NCBI RefSeq assembly: GCF_009914755.1
Contig: NC_060928.1
Strand: one strand, 5' to 3'
DNA length: 64,000 nt
Source of the DNA: the human T2T-CHM13v2.0 reference genome, Homo sapiens
The notes under the pieces were generated by a model that ran no database searches, had not been told where the DNA came from, and saw only the letters and a list, made by a program, of their open reading frames with translations. A program made the translations under genes and the position numbers. Positions 43,593-64,000 of the stretch are shown here, one piece after another; positions within the stretch are counted from its first letter, which is position 1, and each line of letters starts with the position of its first letter.

Positions 43593-45257
43593 ATGAGGGA
43601 TCATTCTTCCGTCACCTAGAATATGAGGCCTCCGAGAGGATGAGAATGAGGGAAAAAACTACAAAGAAAATGGTAGCAAATACTAGCAAAGAAAATGGTA
43701 AGCCAAGGTAAAGCTTCCAATGATAAGAAAGTAATTGAAAGAAGAGAGCATGGGGTGAAAGACCGAGGAATGAGGGCCTGAGCTCCACATGTCAGGGCCA
43801 CCCTGAGAAAGTCTCTAAGAGCCTCTGAGAAAGTTTTCTCTGGGTCTGAAAACAATTAGGGACTATCTTAGCTGTGGAGGCACCTAAGTGAAATTGAGTT
43901 AAAAATTCATATTTTATTAAATTGCTTTAGACTTGTTCATTTGATTATTTTAACATAGGGAGGTTGAGTCAACTTGATATGTGACAGACACTGTACTAAG
44001 TAAGCATTTCATATGTATGTTAACTCATTTAATTTTTACAACAGCTGTATGAAGTAGATATGACTATTCCCAGTTAATGATACGCAAACTAGCTAGTAAA
44101 TGTCAGAGCCAAATTTCAAAACCAACCAGATCTGTATGACCTTAGAGCCTTTTAAAAAATCTTTGCAAGATTGCTACATGGAGGTGAGTTTAAGCTGTCT
44201 ACATTACACAGGATGATACATACTTGATGCCAAGATACATCCTCACCACATCTGTGCTACATTTTAAGTTTTTACTTTTAGTGAGTAGAAACAGGCTATA
44301 TAATTCTGCCTATGGTGTGCCTGAATGGATACACACACAGAGAGGTTTCATAAGTGCCTTTCTATTTTCTTTTTAAATATGTTCTGTGAAAGGACAAAAG
44401 AAGGGCATTTTAGAAAGGATGGCATAGTTAATGACTTGGGTGCAGAGGGCTGTTGCTGTCAATAAAGCAGAGAGCAGGGATGCTGAGTGGAGCAGTCATG
44501 AATGGAAATGAGAGCATGAGCCATTAGCAGGAAGTCATAAACCCATTATTAGAAGTTTCATGTCATTGAAGGGAGCCAAATGCTTTACAATTCTAAGGAC
44601 TATGAATAGCCACCTAAGGAGGATGCGTCTGCTGCTGTGATGTATCAGACAGAGTCCAGTTGGGAGACAGAAATCACAGGGTAATCTGAACAGGGAAGAT
44701 TTTAAATAAATAATCATGTCCCATAACAGAGGATTGGACTCAGAAAGGATTGGCTGGTTATCAGGATCTGAGATTTGCTTTTGCCCTACTGGAGCTAATA
44801 AGCTGACCTGTTATGGTTTCATGGATGCTGGCAGAAGACATCCATGGGTTGAAGGAAAAGGATTTTATTACTGAAGGCACAGAAAGCAGTAGGAATATCG
44901 TGTTGGGGTCACTTCCCTGTGCCCTTCAATTCCCACAGGAACAAGACAGAGGATCCCAGGTGGAAATCCACGGAGCTTGGGAAATCCACTGCTTTTATAG
45001 TAAGTGGTAGGCTATCCTGCTCTTTGTCCTGGAGATTTCTCGCTGCAAACACAACCCTGAGAAATGGCCCAGCTAATCAGTAGTGGGCGGGGACGCTCAG
45101 AACCCGCAGCAGATTGCCTCTCCCCTTCCTTCTGCAATGTCTCCAGCACCCTCTACCGACAAAATTAGCACTGTGCAGACTGGCGAAGGAGAAAAAGGCT
45201 CATGTCCACGTTGACTGAGCAGGTAATGAAGACTGGATTTGTAGATGAGAAGCACTA

Positions 45258-46118
<861 letters not shown>

Positions 46119-46139
46119 TAATAATTCAGGCCTAAAGCC

Positions 46140-50210
<4,071 letters not shown>

Positions 50211-50921
50211 TAAATAGTAAAAAAACAAAAATAGGCCCATTTTCAGGCTTGATACATGTTCTCCACATCCTAGGCTTCCTCCTTCCAGCTTCCACACAGC
50301 AAATATTTTTGTCTTCCTCAGATGCATAAGAAACATTAGTAGAGTTGAAAATAATCTACAAATAATTGATTATTGAAAACTGCACATCTGATCTCAGAAT
50401 TGCCAATGAAGGTTCTCTGCACATTACCTCATCAACTCTTTCATCCCAGGGGTATGAGATGAATTTTATGAAAATGATCCATACTTGTGACATTGCAAAT
50501 GAAGCAGATAAAATTCTATTTTCCATTTGTTCCTTTTGGGGAATTCTTAGAAGTAAATTGATACCCTTCCCTGTGGAAGAGATAAGAGAAAGTGAATGAA
50601 GGTTTGAAAAGAAGCATGGAGACCTTCAAAATTATCAAATTTTTGAGTTTAAGGTGATATTTACATTAAAATAGCTTGCCAGTGATGAGCCAATGAAGGG
50701 AAAAGCTTACTTTTCAGTTAGTTATGATTTCCAGGGCAGAGGAAAAGTAACAAGGAGACAGGGTCAAAGGAAGTGAGAAGCTGAACAGAACTTTTAAAGT
50801 TTAAACTTAAAGAATAAAAACACAAGAGAACCAGAAACAGGTTCAATTATGCTGAATACTCTATTTCCCAAACCTATCCTCTACTTGTCTCATTAATGTC
50901 TATATTTCTGAGCTATATTAA

Positions 50922-58400
<7,479 letters not shown>

Positions 58401-59069
58401 ACGAAAGCTCTATACTTATTTGTTGGAGAACCTAAAACACATACATCAACAAGGACATCTTCCTCCAGTGGATCATCATCATCTGGAAAATACTGACTTC
58501 GGATATCTTACTACAGGGAGAGTGTGAGAGAGAAATGCAAAGAGATAATGCTAGACCCAGATAAACACAATCTTTAGCAAATCTGGCCACATTTGCTGAA
58601 ATAAGAGTTCTGTCCGTTGAACTTCAGTGGCCTCCTGCCATTTTCTTCCTTCTGATAAAAGGTTAACATATCTAAAGCATTCTAGCAAATAGATCTTGAT
58701 GACCTCATCAAGGGTAACTGTATCTTGATCCCTTGGCTATATTAAATAAGAGGTACTAACTGCAGAAGGAATGAGAAAATGAATGAATGAACAAATGGAC
58801 CCAATTGTTTCGTCCTAGGACTGCCCAAAGAAGGTGAAGCAAGTAGAGTCCCTGGTGACGTGTAATGTAAGCGTAAGTAGCAGATGCTAACCAGATGTCT
58901 CAAACTAAGCCTTGGTGATCAGATGGAAGACCCCAAGGGAGAGTAGTGACAATGACAGATACGGGGAATCCCCAGATCAGGGGTTGGGGTACAAGTGGGG
59001 GTTACAAGTGGGCTGACCTTGACAGTGTAGTCACAGGCTACCGATGCATCAGGTGTGGTGCGCTCAGGT

Positions 59070-59385
59070 ACATAGATGAAGCTGGAAACCATCATTCTCA
59101 GCAAACTAACACAGGAACAGAAAACCAAACACCGCCTGTTCTCACTTATAAGTGGGAGCTGAACAATGGACACAGGGAGGGGAACATCACACACCAGGGC
59201 CTGTTAGGGGGTGGGGAGCAAGGGGAGGGAGGGAGAGCATTAGGACAAATACCTAATGCATGCAGGTCTTAAAACCTAGATGATGGGTTGATAGGTGCAC
59301 CATGGCACATGTATACCTATGTAACAAACCTGCACGTTCTGCACATGTATCCCGGAACTTCAAGTAAAATTTAAAAAAAAAAAGA
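59070..59385 (+). mobile_element. Short L1PA 3' fragment
   Basis: gatgaagctggaaaccatcattctcagcaaactaacacagg...aacctgcacgttctgcacatgtatcccggaactt plus poly-A. Confidence 0.88.
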
Positions 59386-60241
59386 AGTATAGACTCTCTG
59401 AGCATCAGTCTGGACTTCAAAACTAGGATACTGAGGTTAGAAACTAAGTTATTTCATGCTCTTAGCAAAAATGGGCAGGACCAAGATACTGATCATCAGA
59501 GCCCACTGACTGTCAGAAGGTAGGGAGAAAATTCAGCCACTCAAGCTGCATCACCCAGTCTCTGAATGCTAACCAACTCAGGGCTTCAAGCATGTAGTTC
59601 AAAGAAGATCACTTTGAAGGATATGTGGACAGATAGGAAGGAAATGTGGACAGTTAGCATAGCACCAGGCATAGAACTGACCCTCAAAAAATATTTAAGC
59701 TCATATGTCAGAACTAGAAAGGAACCAAAAGTCATTTAATCCAATTCCATCAGTATCAGTTAGAATTCGTGTAGGCTGCTTGTAATTGAAAGTAACATGG
59801 CTTAAACAAGACAATGGTTAACTTTATCTGTGTAAAATAAGCCCATATAAGTGGCTTTTGAAAATTGTTATAACAACAATGAATGTATATAATTACAAAA
59901 TATAGGTGCAGCACCAGACAGGGTCAAATTCTCAGCACTGAAACAACCAAGGGAAACTCTCTACCTAGTCAGGGACAAACCAGTTCAAACTTCTGAGATC
60001 TTAAATTTTTTTTTATCCTAATCCTAAGGAGTCTTGCTCTGAAGATTAGGGTTCAGTCCAAGTGGGGGCAGGGGATGGAGAGGGAGGAAGGGAACAACAG
60101 CTCCCATCTCCAATCCCTCCTATTCAGTTATTATGTCAGATCTGCCCAGAGGAACTCTACTGTCAATCTTCAAGTACGGATACCTTGGACAGAAGTCAAC
60201 TTTCACAACTTCTCACTTCAGATACAAGAACCACAGGTAAA

Positions 60242-63501
<3,260 letters not shown>

Positions 63502-63681
63502 CAATAAATATTTTCTTAATATTTAAAAAATGAGTTCAGGTGGAACTTAAAGCTCTCACAAACGTTAATGACATTTTCTTTGACCATATCTACATAATGC
63601 AAAAAAAAAACAATAAAAAGATGTAACTTTATTTTGTATTAATTATACCAGTGTGGGCCAGACAAGGTGGCTCATACCTGT

Positions 63682-64000
63682 TAATATAGTTGGGATTTGT
63701 GTTCCTACCCAAATCTCATGTGGAATTAGAGGAGGGACCTGAATGGAGGTGACTGGCTCATGGGGTGGATTTCCCTCTTACTCTTCTCATGATAGTGAGT
63801 GAGTTCTCAAGAGATCTGATGGTTTAAAAGTGTGTGGCACTTCCCCCTTCACTCTCTCTCCCTCTTCTGCCACCATGTGAAGAAGGTGCTTGCTTCCCCT
63901 TTGCTTCCGCTATGATTATAAGTTTCATGAGGCCTCCCAGTCTTGCAGAACTGTGAGTCAATTAAATCTCTTCTTCATAAATTACCCAGTCTCAGGTAGT
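63682..64000 (+). mobile_element. MST-type (MaLR) LTR running off the window end
   Basis: taatatagttgggatttgtgttcctacccaaatctcatg...gttctcaagagatctgatggtttaaaagtgtg...ataaattacccagtctcaggtagt. Confidence 0.85.

Overview
Primate (human-like) genomic DNA, AT-rich and dense in Alu and L1 repeats. The only protein-coding gene I can support is the 3' part of KLHL5 on the + strand. Six GT-AG exons (6316-6502, 12927-13151, 17213-17375, 22663-22875, 24802-24973, 30661-30717) splice in phase into 338 codons plus a stop. They cover the end of the BACK/IVR region and all six Kelch repeats, ending ...VAPLCLGRAGACVVTVKL*. An AU-rich 3'UTR follows, with proximal AATAAA signals and a likely distal one near 35859, beyond an AluY-like element and a ~2.7 kb L1. 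The remainder (36-64 kb) looks intergenic: dozens of Alus, L1 fragments, L2/MIR, a MER9 solo LTR, MaLR LTRs and MER DNA transposons. Almost all ORF-track entries are repeat-derived noise. I found no evidence of a new biological system. The most interesting observations are a possible intronic alternative C-terminus, two templated-insertion scars, in-frame skippable exons and the transposon-containing long UTR. Repeat subfamily calls and boundaries were made by eye and are approximate.
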